Numbered from the stretch's first letter, positions 42,110 to 54,540 are shown. The stretch is 64,000 bases of DNA from Anthoceros angustus (GCA_010909165.1 VJWM01000258.1:124001-188000), one strand, 5' to 3'. The notes: generated by a model from the letters alone, not told the origin. Numbers and translations: made by a program.

Positions 42110-45100
42110 TAAAAAAAGAGATAAAAAAAATTCATTCGCCCTAAAAACACAGGGGAAAAATTTATTGCACTATATTGTGCTTCATAGTTCATACTTGCTG
42201 TGAGTGCTGTAGACTTTAAATGTACATATGGGACAATGGAGACTTTATTAAAAGAAGAGATAGGGAAAACCCATCTACCCGGAACCGAGGGGGACAACCC
42301 ACTAAAGGGCCAAGAGCCAAGGGGCTAGCCCCCACGAATGCCAACCCCGAAAGTACCTATCGCCCTGATTATGTCGTGGTCGGAGATGAAGAAAGCCTAC
42401 CTACAACTAGTGCCGATGACACCATATCTCCTGCGCTCGTTGCCATCCTGAAAGCGTTGGCTAGTGCCCTCTGCAGCGCGATGGATACCCGCTGTCAAAA
42501 AAAAGCCAGCACTGAGGAAAGAAGGAGACCTACCCCATTCCGACGATTGTGGTAAGCTTTAGCACAATCCTTAATGAGCTGGGAAAAATCCTTGCCCATA
42601 GCCCCGTGAGTCTCACTGGCGAGGGGGATGAATGCGTGGCCGTCCTACAAAGTTGTGTACTTGTGTACCTTGGCAGTCGCGCATCCCTCCGCCGCCTAGC
42701 CCGGAGAGTTGATAATGACATGCTCACAAATGACGTTCCGGGTAGGGTCCGTTACGATAACATCCGCAATAGAGATTTGGTTCCCTTGGATCAAAAATAG
42801 ATCCGCCCTGAGGGACACCCCATTGCACAGGGTACATGGACGCTCCCTGTATGGAAAATAACCGCTCTCCTTGGCCATTGAGAACATGACGTCGCGAACG
42901 GCATCATGCGTAGCGATACGTTGCCCTCCAATTGGACAGCGAGCCAAGTGGGACCTTGAGTCGTCGAGGGGGGGCCCACAGTTGTAGGCTAAGAGAGAAC
43001 AAGCCATAGGCTAGACCAAACCCAGGTGAAACCTCATCGCAATGAAAAGAGAAGTTGGTGCGATTCGAAAAGCCCAGATGCAAGGCCGAGCCAAAAGCTT
43101 GCTCCCATCCCCGAGCAAGAGTAGATGCGGGAACAAATAGGCCAGGGAATAGTAGAGTCCATATGGATTGCCTACTGCACCTGCCTGAACTGCTTCTCCT
43201 AGGGAGAGCCCTAAAGGCCACTTAGCCCTTCCACGGAAAACGAGGAAAAGGGAGGCATGGGGAGGGCCTCCAAGATGGGAATGTCTTGGATGAAGAAACG
43301 AGCGGTGAAGACGGGGCAGAGAGGGCCCAGCTTCCAAGGAAGATTGTCGGCGACGTGGTCTCCATGGCCAGCAAACGTGTGCTTCCAAAAGTGATAGGAA
43401 AGGACGCCTGCCGCTGCGCAAAGCTCCCTGCGGCACACTTGAAGGTCCCCGGTCCGATAATGTCTCCAAGTGCCTGCATACTTTGTAGATTAAAATTCCG
43501 CAAACTTAATAGAAAAGCTAGAGCCACCGTCATGGTGAGGTAACTCGGCCGACACGCGAAGCAAGACGAAAGGATGCCAAATGCCACCTGAATGCCCCAC
43601 CCTAAGAAATTGAAGAGAGGGAGTAATGCCAGATGAGGGCCAAACCTTGCACTTCATAATCTTAACCCTCAAACCTAAACGGGAGAGCTATGAGGAAAAG
43701 AGTGTGAAAGCTTCCCTAACCTGGCCCCCGGGTCCTAAGATGTGAGTGTTAACCGCCACGGACGGAAAGAGACGCTCCTCGACCGCGCCGGTAGTAATAG
43801 CCAGGGCCTAGAAAGTGCGCAACGAAAAGAGGTTACCTCCCAAGGGATCCCCCTGCCTCATGCTGGTCGCCGAGTCCAGCACAGTAACCCCTTCCTTAGA
43901 TGGTCCGTGCTGAAAGTAGAGGGTAGACGAGGAACCATAAAAAGAGTGGACGAAAGGAATAAGACTTGCCAGGTGCCTGCCTACATCCTTAAGCTATGTG
44001 AAAATTACCATCTTAGAGACCGTGTTGAAAGCGTTCTCGACGTCCATATGTAGGGCGTCCCAATCTTGATGTGACTCCATACCCTCCCGGAGTGGTAATC
44101 CCAAATTGGTGGGGGCAAAGATGTGCTTGGAACTGCTCCCGAAGTTGGATAGCAATGGTGCAACCTATATGGCGTAAGAATGCCTCCCCAATGGTGATAG
44201 GGCGCACCCCAGGCGTGGGCTTCTTTATAGTCAGTAACTTGTTGATCCCCAACACCCGAGAGATTCGGTGAAAAGTCTTCCTCTTGCCACTTCTGCCGCC
44301 AGAATGAAGAGCTCCGAGAAACCACTAGAAGGATCCTCAGGAGCAAAGTCATCATGAAGGTGACCGTTGATTGGCCCAGATAGACTACCCGATGAAAGCC
44401 GCAGGGCAATGGTAAGAGCCTTACCGAAGACCACCCTATCGAGACAAAAAGGCGCCTCCGGCATGTAATTCAGGATATCCTGTGGAATGAGGTTATCTTG
44501 GGCCAGATAAAGGGCACGGAGTGCAAAGATGGTGTCTTCGGAGGTTGGCACCACTGGCTCCAGGCGAAGTGCCCGAGCAGCCTTAGCGTATTTCCTAGCA
44601 CGGCCTAGCAAGAGACACCTCTTGAGCCCCGCCTTGGCGGGGTCCTGGTAGACTTAGTACACCTTGGCAGCCTCCAGCCTGGATCTCCCTCCTCTTGCAA
44701 AGCTTCCCCGGCCCGGAATCGACGGAGACGAGACATCGCCTTCTTATTGCTCGAAGAACCACCCCTGGAGCGACGAAGACACCACCGAGGGAGAGAAAGG
44801 AACAAAGTCCAAGCCGCCTCGTCCCTAGGGTCTAGCACAAGGTGATCCAAAGGAAGCCAGTAGGCAAAGCAAACGTTGTCATGCAAGCGCCTCGGGAGAC
44901 GCCGAAAAAGGCAGGGTCTCGGAAAGCGCGCTTCGAACAAGGTGAGCAGATGATGTAATTGCATTCGCAACCACTAGCAAGACTCTAGGGGTGGGACGAG
45001 GGTAGCATCCAAACTCGGAGCCAGATGTATAGTCCTACTGGAAGAAGCAAACCTCACCTGAGCCTCCCGGGTTGTTCGGTTGAAGTCCTTATGTTTGAAC

Positions 45101-45700
45101 CCAATGTGACATTTCTCCCCCTTGACTCCACAAAGACAAAGATAGCAGATCGGACAAGGGTGTCCTTGACTACCAAGGTGTGACCGTATGGGGGAGGGAG
45201 AAACAACGAGAATGGCACGATCTGTGGAACAACCTGGATGACCGGAGGGTGTCTGAGTCGAGGGGGCACCGGGTGCCAAGGACAAAGCATCCTCGGCAGT
45301 TACTAAACATACGGAGTGCACGCTCCGTATGGCGAGCTTGACTAGGCTGGCCGAAGGCCAGCACCCAGAGGGGCCGCAACTTGCCAAAATACCCGACAAC
45401 CCACCGCGTAGACCCCCCCTCCCGAAATCCTAAATAGAAACCCTAAAAGCCTACGGTCGGCCGGAACATGACGCCTTGCCAAAGCCCAGCATGAAACCAT
45501 GAGACCGATTTACATACAGACGTGAGAGCTTGCTCCCTGCGAAGAGTGCCGGGGAGAAGTTCGTGAAAGGCTAAAGGCGAAGACCGTTCGGAACACTTCA
45601 CGCATATTGGATTCCCAATCTTTCGAGTCATAGACCTGGCTGCTTCACAAGGGGCCATGGGCATGGAGGCTTGTGTGTAGTCTAGGAAGGGCTTCGGCTG
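42110..45700 (-). mobile_element. Decayed non-LTR retrotransposon with restriction-like endonuclease, CRE-clade-like
   Basis: N-terminal C2H2-like finger (CPICYLC..CHIGFKH). RT motifs VRPITIGE, HQFGITTPGG, DVENAFNTVS and RQGDPL, with the catalytic DD decayed. C-terminal HLARCPIGGQRIATHDAVRD, RADL..IADVIVTDP, KVHKY..FIPLASETHG and RVSIALQRA. Many stops and frameshifts. Confidence 0.85.
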
Positions 45701-45971
45701 GCCTAATTCTCAGGAACCAATGGTGGCCAAACAACAGAGCCGTTAGGTACAGCTAGGTATGTGGTTTGAGACATGCCCACGCTCGTCGCCGTCCCATGAA
45801 TAGCGTTGGCCAGCGATGTGCATACCCAGCATAATGTACATACCTAGCATCTCATGTTCAGTTTTTCTAATAGATTATAATATATTTATATTAAAAATAA
45901 ATAAATAATATATTTTTAATTAAAATAGATGAATAATACTTCCTTATTAAGGAAAGAAGAGACAAGCGAAC

Positions 45972-46125
45972 TCATCTACTAAAAAATATGAAAGAAACAT
46001 ATTAAAGAATATGAAAGGAAGATACTCAAAAACATGAAAGGAAGACCTGAAGGACTGGACTAAAGAAGAGCATCTACTAAAAAACATGAAAGGAAGACCT
46101 GCAGGGTCGGACTAAAGAAGAGCAT
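45972..46125 (+). repeat. Degenerate short tandem repeat (CATCTACTAAAAAACATGAAAGGAAGACCTG..GGACTAAAGAAGAG)
   Basis: Two to three visible iterations. Confidence 0.7.
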
Positions 46126-46255
46126 AGTTGCATGTTTAAAGTCACTTACAGCGCCTACTCAAGCTCCACATACAGTTTTAGACGTTAGATGTACATGACA
46201 AATTTTGGGCTTGAGACGAAACGGTCGTGCCGGCTCGCACGGCGGGTGGTGAGAA

Positions 46256-47603
46256 CTAACGAAGTGCAGTTTGCGCAGTTTGCGCGGTTTGCGTAGTCTT
46301 CGCGCAATGCACGACCCGCTGTTGCGCTGTCGTGCCTGAGACACAAAGCAAGCAAGCCTGGGATTAGAATGGATGGGACCAGCAGCCACATCACCGAATT
46401 CACATCGGAGCCGAGACACTTACAGAGCGTTGCGTAGCACGGCTGATTCCCGGCAGGATCTTCTCCTTCCGGTGGCGGATGTTCGCCGTACAACATCTCA
46501 CAGCTCATATCCTCGAAGTCTACGTCACCAGGAGCAACGCAACCGGCGGTAAGACGGAGGCATTTGGCGACAGTTGGCAAAAGAAGGACATCCTTAGCAA
46601 TGGTCGCATGACTCACTAGGTTTCATGTAGAGGGGCACGCCGAAGGAGGTGGAGATGAACTCTTGTGAAGGGACCTTACAAAGGTTCACGCACATCCCTA
46701 CGCAGTTGCTGGACTCCAAGAATCTGCACTTCTTGATTTTCACGCCACTCCACTGTTTCACGCCGTCCACCTCTCTCTCGATAGTCTGCACACTCGAGCC
46801 CTAGGCGGTGAAGTGAAGTGTGGATCGGGATTAAGTTCTCGAAACTGGCGGCCAGTGGCCAGTCAGATCTCTCACCTCTGCAGGCCCCACGAGCCATTGG
46901 AATAAAGCAGACGTGCTTAGGGCGTAGTACTCGCAAGCAAGCTTTTTCGACACCATGGAAAGCACCATCCGGGCCTGCAACGACGATCACGACCAGAACC
47001 TGAGTGACGTGTCTCGGAGACAGAACACATGTTCAAGATGCACCTTTGTGAAGAAAGCTGAAGCAACGTGCACGCCCAATACCAGCTTGAAAAAGAAAGG
47101 CGGGACAGATGCAGTAAGCACGCTGGTGACAATCAAGCGCTGCTCCAGCGGGCTCCTGCCTCGCACAATCCGCTTTGAGATGTCCACAAAGGCGTCATAT
47201 CCCTTCTCATCCGTGGTCTCGCCTGCAGGCCACAAGAAGCAGCTCCGAGTCGGGACACTTGTACGCTTTCACTCATCTGCCACAGTCTCGCAATCTCAAT
47301 TTCATTTGATGCGCACTTACCGCTGGTCTCGCTCATTTTCGACACCATGAAATGAATGACGCCTCGCTCCCACCATGCATCTTTGTACTGAGACACCTCT
47401 CCCATGGGAGCTGGCTCTCCAATTATTCGGCATCTCACGCCAAACCGTCTCTTGCGCTGGAGCCCGCTCACTGGACTGCCATCCCGGCGGTTCGCAGACA
47501 GTCTGGAGGCAAATTGAGGCTGCAACAGCCTCAACGAGCCTCCTTCAAGCCTGAAGCAACCGGCGGCAGGGGATGGATGACGGATCCCCTGTGAGCAAAT
47601 CAT
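46256..47603 (-). CDS. Beta-carotene isomerase D27-like (DUF4033), plastid-targeted, ~6 exons
   Basis: GEPAPMGEVSQYKDAWWE, GYDAFVDISKR, FQWLVGPAE, SGVKIKKCRFLESSNCVGMCVNLCKVPSQEF and FEDMSCEMLYG..QPC. Confidence 0.92.
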
Positions 47604-48861
47604 GACTCTGCAATCAAGCGGTCAATTGAGCGGTCAGGTCAGCCAATTGTTGCAGCTCTCGGGGCACCCTTGTACTACCACTTGGAACGACTAGACTGCA
47701 GGTCTCGGCTGGATCCACGCTTGGTTGCAACCTTCACCGAAATCCACGAAAATTTGTGCAAGCGTGTGGCGAGCCTCAGGAGTACCAGTGCGTGCATCGA
47801 GCAACTGCCGACAATTAAAGCAGCCGCCTTCAAGTTGAAGCAATCTTTAGCCCGGCCTGGCAATTTCTGCTCAAAAGGCGAGCATGGCATGGAGTCACAG
47901 GGGATCCCCTCCGTCAGATGCTTCCATGGCCTCCACTCACGAGAAGTCTTACAGCCAGACCGACCCGCGAGCTCAAGGTCCCCAGAGCGAGAGCCCGCAG
48001 AGAAGTTGTTGGAGTTTGAGTGTCGTGGAGGCCGGCCGTGGCGTTTCCGTTGAGCTCGTGTGCTGCCAACTCAGGCAAGATTAACTCCGCTCCGCCTGGC
48101 AGCCTGCTCAGCCTGCTCAGCCTGCAGTTTTGTAGGGACACGCTAACTGGCAGCCGACATGCCGTCACCAGCGCGGGCGAGGCAGTGGTATTGTGAAGAC
48201 AGCATCCGATTACATACACAGCATGGCAGCTTCTGGAGGGGCCAACCGCCGGTCTGTGTCGTCTTGCGATGCGGACCTGGTATCCGGTTTGCAAAGCTTT
48301 GCTTCCAGCCAAGACTTCTCCATTGCATTGACCTTTCTAGCCTAGTGGATGCTCCTATTCCAAGTTTCAGAATCTTGTTGTTAACCACTTTACCGAAAAA
48401 CCCTTTACCTTTATACAAAGTCTTATCTCGTAGCTTTACTGTATACCAAGACATAGGATGCACCCATCTACCATGCCATGCAACACTGTCACAGTAACCA
48501 GCATGGTGCTTTCCATGGCCATTGCTTGGTGCTTTCCGTGGGCTTTCCGTGCCTTTTCGACACCATGGAAAGCACGATCCGCTCAAGGGCCTACATGCGG
48601 AGTGCTCGCAACCTTACTCACCTGGACTTAAATAAAATTCTTCTTCTTCTTACAACACGATCCACTTGCATGGTATATTTATATAAATTTAAAAAAATTA
48701 CATAAATATTTCAAAATTTACATCGAAATCCCGCGCTGGTATTTGACTTTGCAGCACTAACGAGTGAGGGGCCCATGCAGTGGGAGACGAGGGCATGATA
48801 TTTTACAGCTGGGAATGAACAGCACCCCATCCCAGTACGGATACGTTCCACTGTTGGAGTT

Positions 48862-48982
48862 CCAATGAACTCATGTCTTGGATGTGTAGTCTAATTCCAA
48901 TGAAGTATGTGTGGATGTGTAGTCTAATTCCAATGAAGTATGTGTGGATGTGTCTAATTCCAATGAAGTATGTGTGGATGTC
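48862..48982 (+). repeat. 33-bp tandem repeat, ~3 copies
   Basis: Unit TGGATGTGTAGTCTAATTCCAATGAAGTATGTG. Confidence 0.9.
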
Positions 48983-49432
48983 ACTCCTTGAAGGGAGCAC
49001 AACTCCGCCCACTTGAGTCCATGCGCTTTCTGGCTTACAGACATCGATGTACTGTATGTACACCATGCGAAGGGCAGTTTAGGTCAGAAATGTTAAATGT
49101 TTTGGCGTCGCGCTGAGACGATTTGCGGATGAAGTCACTTGTAGTCTAGTCTAATGTCAAAAGCGAGAAAACGCGCTCGCTGGATGGTCCAAGCAGCAGC
49201 GGGCTCGTGTCCTGCCTCCAAGTGCTGCGTCGGAGACAGCGAGCCTGCTGCGTCCAGGTGTTGCATCTCTTCTCGCATCGCAGCCACCTGGTCGAGGGAC
49301 GGTGCTGCGAAGGGAAGGGGAGGGAAGGGAGGCCGGCAGGCAGATCTAGGCGGGCGCATTCTTTGTGCTCGCGACGGAATCTGCCAGAAGGAGCTGCCGG
49401 GACGGCAATCGGGTTGAGCAGAAAGATCACGC

Positions 49433-50503
49433 ATGATGGAATGGGCTTGCATGAGATCTGCGGTGCTGCATTCCAGCCCGATCCCGTACGATGTCTTGGT
49501 CTCCACCTCGGGCTCGCGCATGGCCTCCAGCCCGGCCTTCTACGCCACGTCTTCCATCTCGCGGGTGAGCTGCAGCAGGCGGCACCAGGGGAGCGCGCTC
49601 TCGGACTCGGAGTGGCAGCAGAGCAGGAGGAGGAGCTTGGCGGGAGGGCTGGGATTCGGGGACGCCTTCGGGGGCGGGGAGAGGCGGGAGCTCGTGGGGA
49701 GGGTGCAGGCTTCCGCGGAGGAGCAGCTACTCCTGGGTGACTACAGCGCAGAATGGGGACGCCTTGGGGAAGCGGCCAAGGCCAGGGAGAGGGAGCGGAG
49801 ACCTCGGTTGCAGAGGCAGGGGTCGGTGCGGAGCAAGGTGATGGGCTATATCGAGAGGCAGGCAGGGTATACGTGGCTGGTCGGGCCTCTTTTGGCTACT
49901 TCAGTGATTGTGGTGCCCGGAATTGTGGTTCCGATCATCGATCTGTTGCAGCAATCGTATCTGGTGGGGCTGGCAGCGTCGTTCGGGCTTGACATTCTGT
50001 TTGTCATGTCGGCGGACCTCTTCTTGGTGTTGGCGGACAAGGCTGGCCACCACCAGACCGTCCCCGGTGGTCCTGCTCCCTGGATAGGTCCTTGGGAGTA
50101 CACAGGTTATCCTAAGGGATTGCCTGATTTGCAGAACTACCTCACGTATGCTGGAGTTGGAGTTGCTGCCTTTGCCCTGTTGGCTTCCCTTTTCGTCGGG
50201 AAGCTTTTGGTTGCACTACCTGTTCTCGGTCCATATTTGGCCCTTATCTTTGTGCAGCTTGCGTATGAGAAGCTCTTGTCTGGTGATCGTCTTCCCAGCT
50301 ACCCCCTTGTCCCGATTCTCTACACCGTTTACAGGTTCCGGCAACTGGCAAGAGGAATGGAGCTGGTTGGTGCCTTGGGTGGAGGATTGTTTCTGGCCCT
50401 CACTTTGAAGCTGCTTATGGTAGTGTGGACTCTGTACTTTGGGATGTACCTGACTCAGCTGCCGTGGTTGTATTCTACCTGGAATTCTAACAGGGCTACC
50501 TAG
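49433..50503 (+). CDS. Intronless plastid-targeted multi-pass membrane protein (At1g48460/At5g63040-like)
   Basis: Ser/Arg-rich transit-like N-terminus and several TM helices. The motif YPLVPILYTVYRFRQL resembles the family's WPLVPIIFEVYRLYQL (recalled, not searched). Confidence 0.75.
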   Translation: MMEWACMRSAVLHSSPIPYDVLVSTSGSRMASSPAFYATSSISRVSCSRRHQGSALSDSEWQQSRRRSLAGGLGFGDAFGGGERRELVGRVQASAEEQLLLGDYSAEWGRLGEAAKARERERRPRLQRQGSVRSKVMGYIERQAGYTWLVGPLLATSVIVVPGIVVPIIDLLQQSYLVGLAASFGLDILFVMSADLFLVLADKAGHHQTVPGGPAPWIGPWEYTGYPKGLPDLQNYLTYAGVGVAAFALLASLFVGKLLVALPVLGPYLALIFVQLAYEKLLSGDRLPSYPLVPILYTVYRFRQLARGMELVGALGGGLFLALTLKLLMVVWTLYFGMYLTQLPWLYSTWNSNRAT

Positions 50504-50858
50504 CCTCTGTCCTGATTGTAACACTTGCTCGCATCATTAAATTTGAGCTGGTTGTCTGAAATAATCGACATGAGCCAGAGTCACTTACCCGGGGGCGAAC
50601 CCGGTGTTAAATGTTGCTAGTAACGGCCAGTTCAAGAACTCGTGCCTTCCATGTTTTCTTTAGCGATCTGTTTCAAGAACGTTACACATTGTGTGTGTCG
50701 GCTGTTGTCATGTGTGCTCAGGAGCAGTGCAGATGCAACTGGTGTGTCTTTTGGCAAAGGTTGTGTTGCTCTGAAAGCCGGATCTGTGGTGGGAGGTCGT
50801 GTGTGGGTTGGTTGTAGCTTCGATTGTCTGCTTGAGTTTTATTAGTCACCCACTCGCC

Positions 50859-52004
50859 ATGCCTAGCTTTCGACGCCATGGCAAGAGTGACAACATGACT
50901 CTGTGCGCAGTGGGAGCGATGGTGATGCTGACAGGGGTGCTGCTTTACATGTCCATGCTGCTCAGCCCTGCCCTATTCCGAGGCATCATTCAGGACGTTG
51001 TGTGTGATCATCAGAAGCAAGAGTATGTGGGAGGAGGGACGGATGCCCAGCAAAGGAGCCTTTTGCAATCACAGGCTCTCGCAGTAGCTGAGGTGAACCG
51101 CACACATGTGGTTGTGGAAGCAGGGGGAGGTGACCAGGCTCACATCCTAATTGAAGCCAGTCAAGTGACAGTGGATTGCAACTGCCCTCCCAGTAACGGT
51201 GGCAGTGCCGTGCTGAGAAGCAGAGCTGGGGATGCTAGTCACAAAAAGGTGAGCATCCTGATCGGCATCTTCACAACTGCTCCCAGGGCGGAGCGTCGGA
51301 ATCTGCTTCGACTTGCATATGGGGTTCAACACTCGGAGCATGCATTTGTGACTGTCAAGTTTGTGGTCGGGAGGGTGAAGAACTCCGAGGAGAAGATCCT
51401 ACTGGGAATGGAAATTTTGCACCACAACGATGTGCTCGTTCTGGACTGCGAAGAAAGCATCAACGACGGCAAGTCTTTCACCTTCTTCTCCACTCTTGCT
51501 GCCCAGGGCACCAAGTACGACTATGTCATGAAGTCAGACGATGATTCTTACTTGCGGCTAGATAATCTGGGAAGATCTTTGTACAGACTACCGAGGATAG
51601 ATGTCTACTATGGGTACATCCTTCCTTGCGAGAACACTGACCCCCATGCTTGGTACATGGCTGGCATGGGCTACGTGCTCTCATGGGATCTGGTGCAATG
51701 GATACACAAGTCGCCCATCCCCAGAGAAAACAGTGTTGGCACAGAGGATCAACTGATTGCAGATTGGTTCAACGCAGGAAAGAAGGCTAAGAATCGTGTC
51801 AACAAGAAGCCTCTGTTCTATGACCATCCGGAATTCGGGGGCCAGTGTTCCCATGAATTGGTCCCTGAGACCATTCTCATCCATCAGGTCAAAACTCAAG
51901 AACGATGGATCAATGTTTTGTCTTACTTTGAGGAGCAGCGGATGGTAGATCTGTTCCGAAGCGCAACTAAGGACAGCCAGCCTCCATCATTACCCGAATC
52001 CTGA
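50859..52004 (+). CDS. GT31 galactosyltransferase (B3GALT/HPGT-like), intronless, type II membrane
   Basis: N-terminal TM, and RRNLLRLAY, DCEESINDGKSFTFF, YDYVMKSDDDSY, YMAGMGYVLSWDLV and EDQ motifs. Confidence 0.93.
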   Translation: MPSFRRHGKSDNMTLCAVGAMVMLTGVLLYMSMLLSPALFRGIIQDVVCDHQKQEYVGGGTDAQQRSLLQSQALAVAEVNRTHVVVEAGGGDQAHILIEASQVTVDCNCPPSNGGSAVLRSRAGDASHKKVSILIGIFTTAPRAERRNLLRLAYGVQHSEHAFVTVKFVVGRVKNSEEKILLGMEILHHNDVLVLDCEESINDGKSFTFFSTLAAQGTKYDYVMKSDDDSYLRLDNLGRSLYRLPRIDVYYGYILPCENTDPHAWYMAGMGYVLSWDLVQWIHKSPIPRENSVGTEDQLIADWFNAGKKAKNRVNKKPLFYDHPEFGGQCSHELVPETILIHQVKTQERWINVLSYFEEQRMVDLFRSATKDSQPPSLPES

Positions 52005-52438
52005 TGGTAACTTTGCAATCTTTCTGCCTATTGTAAAACCTATCTGCAAACAGGACCTTCCAAGCCTACAGCTTGGGAAATCTGTATGCCTATGAAGTGA
52101 AGCCTTTCCAGGACATCACTCCTTCGCAATTTGATTTTGTATTCCAACCATACCAAGACTTCGTGGAATCAAAAAGACTTATGTTGAGGGTGGAAAACGT
52201 TACCCCCCTGACAACATGAAATGTAGCACAACCAAGCCCTGATTTTCGGCTGTATAATTTGATTCCCGCCGAAACAAACGGATAGACGTGAAGCCCCTGG
52301 GCCCGGAAAAACTCCTTTACAGCAGCATGATTGCCAGTCGCTACACCCGGCCATGGCAGGTGAAGCCTTCAAGAGAAATGTGAAGGCTTGAGGAGCTCGA
52401 GGACTTGCCTTGGTGCCCATAACCAGCCAAGCTTGAAC

Positions 52439-54028
52439 ATGGCACCGTGCACGGTGATTGTGCTGGTGGCTTTGTGGATGGTCGCGGCGCCTGGATGGCT
52501 GGCCAAGGGCGACGCCGGCACCTCATCTGTTGCTGCTCTGTCTGACTGCTCTCCTGCCCTGTTCGTCTTCGGCGCATCTCTTGTGGACGTGGGTCAGAAT
52601 GCAGCCTGCATGCCCTTCCGATCGTACGCCGAGTTCCCTCCCTATGGAGTCGCCTACTTCGGCAAGCCGATGCAGAGATTCAGCAACGGCCGCCTTTTCA
52701 TCGATTTCGTGTGTCAGTGAGCAGTTCTGCAATCCCACCTTCTTGTCTTGTCCTGACCTGCATTTAGCACAAGAGTGTGATAGTATTCAAATGTTGTTTA
52801 TTTTGGGTTCTTATTGTGCTGGGCGATGGTTAACAGCACAGGCTCTGGGGCAAGACCTTCTCCAACCATACTTTAAGACTGTGGGTGCAAATTTCATACC
52901 TGGAGTTTGCTTCGCATCGTCTGGTGCAACAGCTGAGAATACTACGGTTGTGGGAGATGGGAGCTCGAGCAGCGGGCTTTTTTCTCTCTTGGTGCAGATT
53001 GACCAGTTTCGAGCCTTCAGATCTTCCATTGAAGAGTCAGGTGTGGGACTTTGCAAAGTATTCCACCTGTTATGTGGAGAAGATGGTTGCTGCTGACACT
53101 GCCACTGTCCTGACAAAACCTAGCAGGTGCCACTACTGCCGGCCTGCCTTCCTCACAGCGTCTAGCGGAAGGGATTTACATCATGCAGATTGGCAACAAT
53201 GACTATCTGCACAAGGCCTTCAGGACCCCCGATTTTGATCCAGTGGCTACCGTTCGTTCAGTGATGACTCCAATAGCGACTGCAATCAAGGTAAAACCAA
53301 CACCCGCTCATCCCTCAGACTAGGTCTTGGGAGCGTTTGCGAAGGGTGTATACTGATGGATGGTTTTCTGCAGGGCCTATACGACGGAGGTGCCAGGAAC
53401 ATTGTGGTGACAAACGTGATGCCATTAGGCTGCATGCCAGTGATCCTTGCCAACTTCCAGCCACCTCCCGACAAGACAGATGAGTACGGCTGCATGATTG
53501 ACTACAACGAGCTTGTGCAACTCCACAACACGGAACTCGAGCTCTTGCTCAACAAACTGCGAGAAGAAGTGCAGGCTGCCAACGTTAACCTACTCATGTT
53601 CGACATGTACGGCATCTACTGGGACGCCATCACAAACCCATCCAAATACGGTGAGCAGAGCCTTCATTCCCTGTGCAGTGCACTGCCTTCAACGTCCTTT
53701 CCTCGTGTGTTCATGAACCGTCCTGGCAACAGGACTGACACACACCATACAAGCATGCTGCGGAGCTGGAGGGCCGCCTTACAACTACCGCAACGAGGTG
53801 CACTGTGGGAAAAGCGGCTACGTGAACGGCAACCTGGTCAGTGCGGACTCCTGCCCCGACCCGGACTCGTACATGATATGGGACTCGGTGCACGCGACCG
53901 ACGCTTTCAATTACCACATCGCCCAAGCTTTCCTCACAGGCGAGTACATGCTCCCGCCCTACTCCATCCAGGAAATTTGCAGACTCTCGCAGCATCTTGC
54001 CCACTCAACGTCGGCACACGCTGCGTGA
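52439..54028 (+). CDS. GDSL esterase/lipase, 5 exons
   Basis: Signal peptide, block I FVFGASLVDVG, RFSNGRLFIDF, FASSGAT, IGNNDY, LYDGGARNIVV, PLGCMP, ACCGAGG and WDSVH. Confidence 0.93.
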
Positions 54029-54138
54029 TGCTTATACCCAAGACCAGCCAAAAAACCATCCATCTCCATTTATTACAAGCTTTTAGCATACAACAGAAGC
54101 CCGCCCTTGAGCCCGGGCCGGGCAGCATCTCATGGCGT

Positions 54139-54540
54139 CTAAGATCGAGCAGCAGGAGGAGGAGGAGGCGGAAATTCGTCGGTGCAGTTCACGCAACGGA
54201 AGGCGTGCTTCCCCAGCAAGTGCCTGCATCGGGCGTAGACCCCGCGGTGGTTTTGGGGCGGCCCGAGGAAGATGCACAGGCAAACGTGCACCGGCACCTC
54301 CAAGATGGTCTCGCAGCACTGTGCGTCCACATTCTCAGGCTCGAGAGTCACAGGCAGCGATCCGTGGGTTGTCAGGGTGCAGTTGGGCGTCAGGGCACCC
54401 CAGTTGCACGCATTCTGGAAGCTCGGGGGGGCAATGCTGCACGCATAGCGTCCTCCTTCTACCAGCACTCGTCCATGCACATGGAAGCAGACCAGGAGCA
54501 GCACAGGCAAGAAAGCCCACGACCTCTTTCCCATCGCCAT
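54139..54540 (-). CDS. Small secreted Cys-rich protein, prolamin/LTP-superfamily-like
   Basis: 133 aa with a signal peptide, a C..C..C..CC..CxC..C..C pattern and a poly-Pro tail. Confidence 0.75.
   Translation of the reverse strand: MAMGKRSWAFLPVLLLVCFHVHGRVLVEGGRYACSIAPPSFQNACNWGALTPNCTLTTHGSLPVTLEPENVDAQCCETILEVPVHVCLCIFLGPPQNHRGVYARCRHLLGKHAFRCVNCTDEFPPPPPPAARS

Noticed and set aside
46256-54540. Biosynthetic gene cluster (D27-like, GT31, GDSL)
   Set aside because: The enzymes belong to unrelated pathways and compartments. Proximity is explained by gene density.
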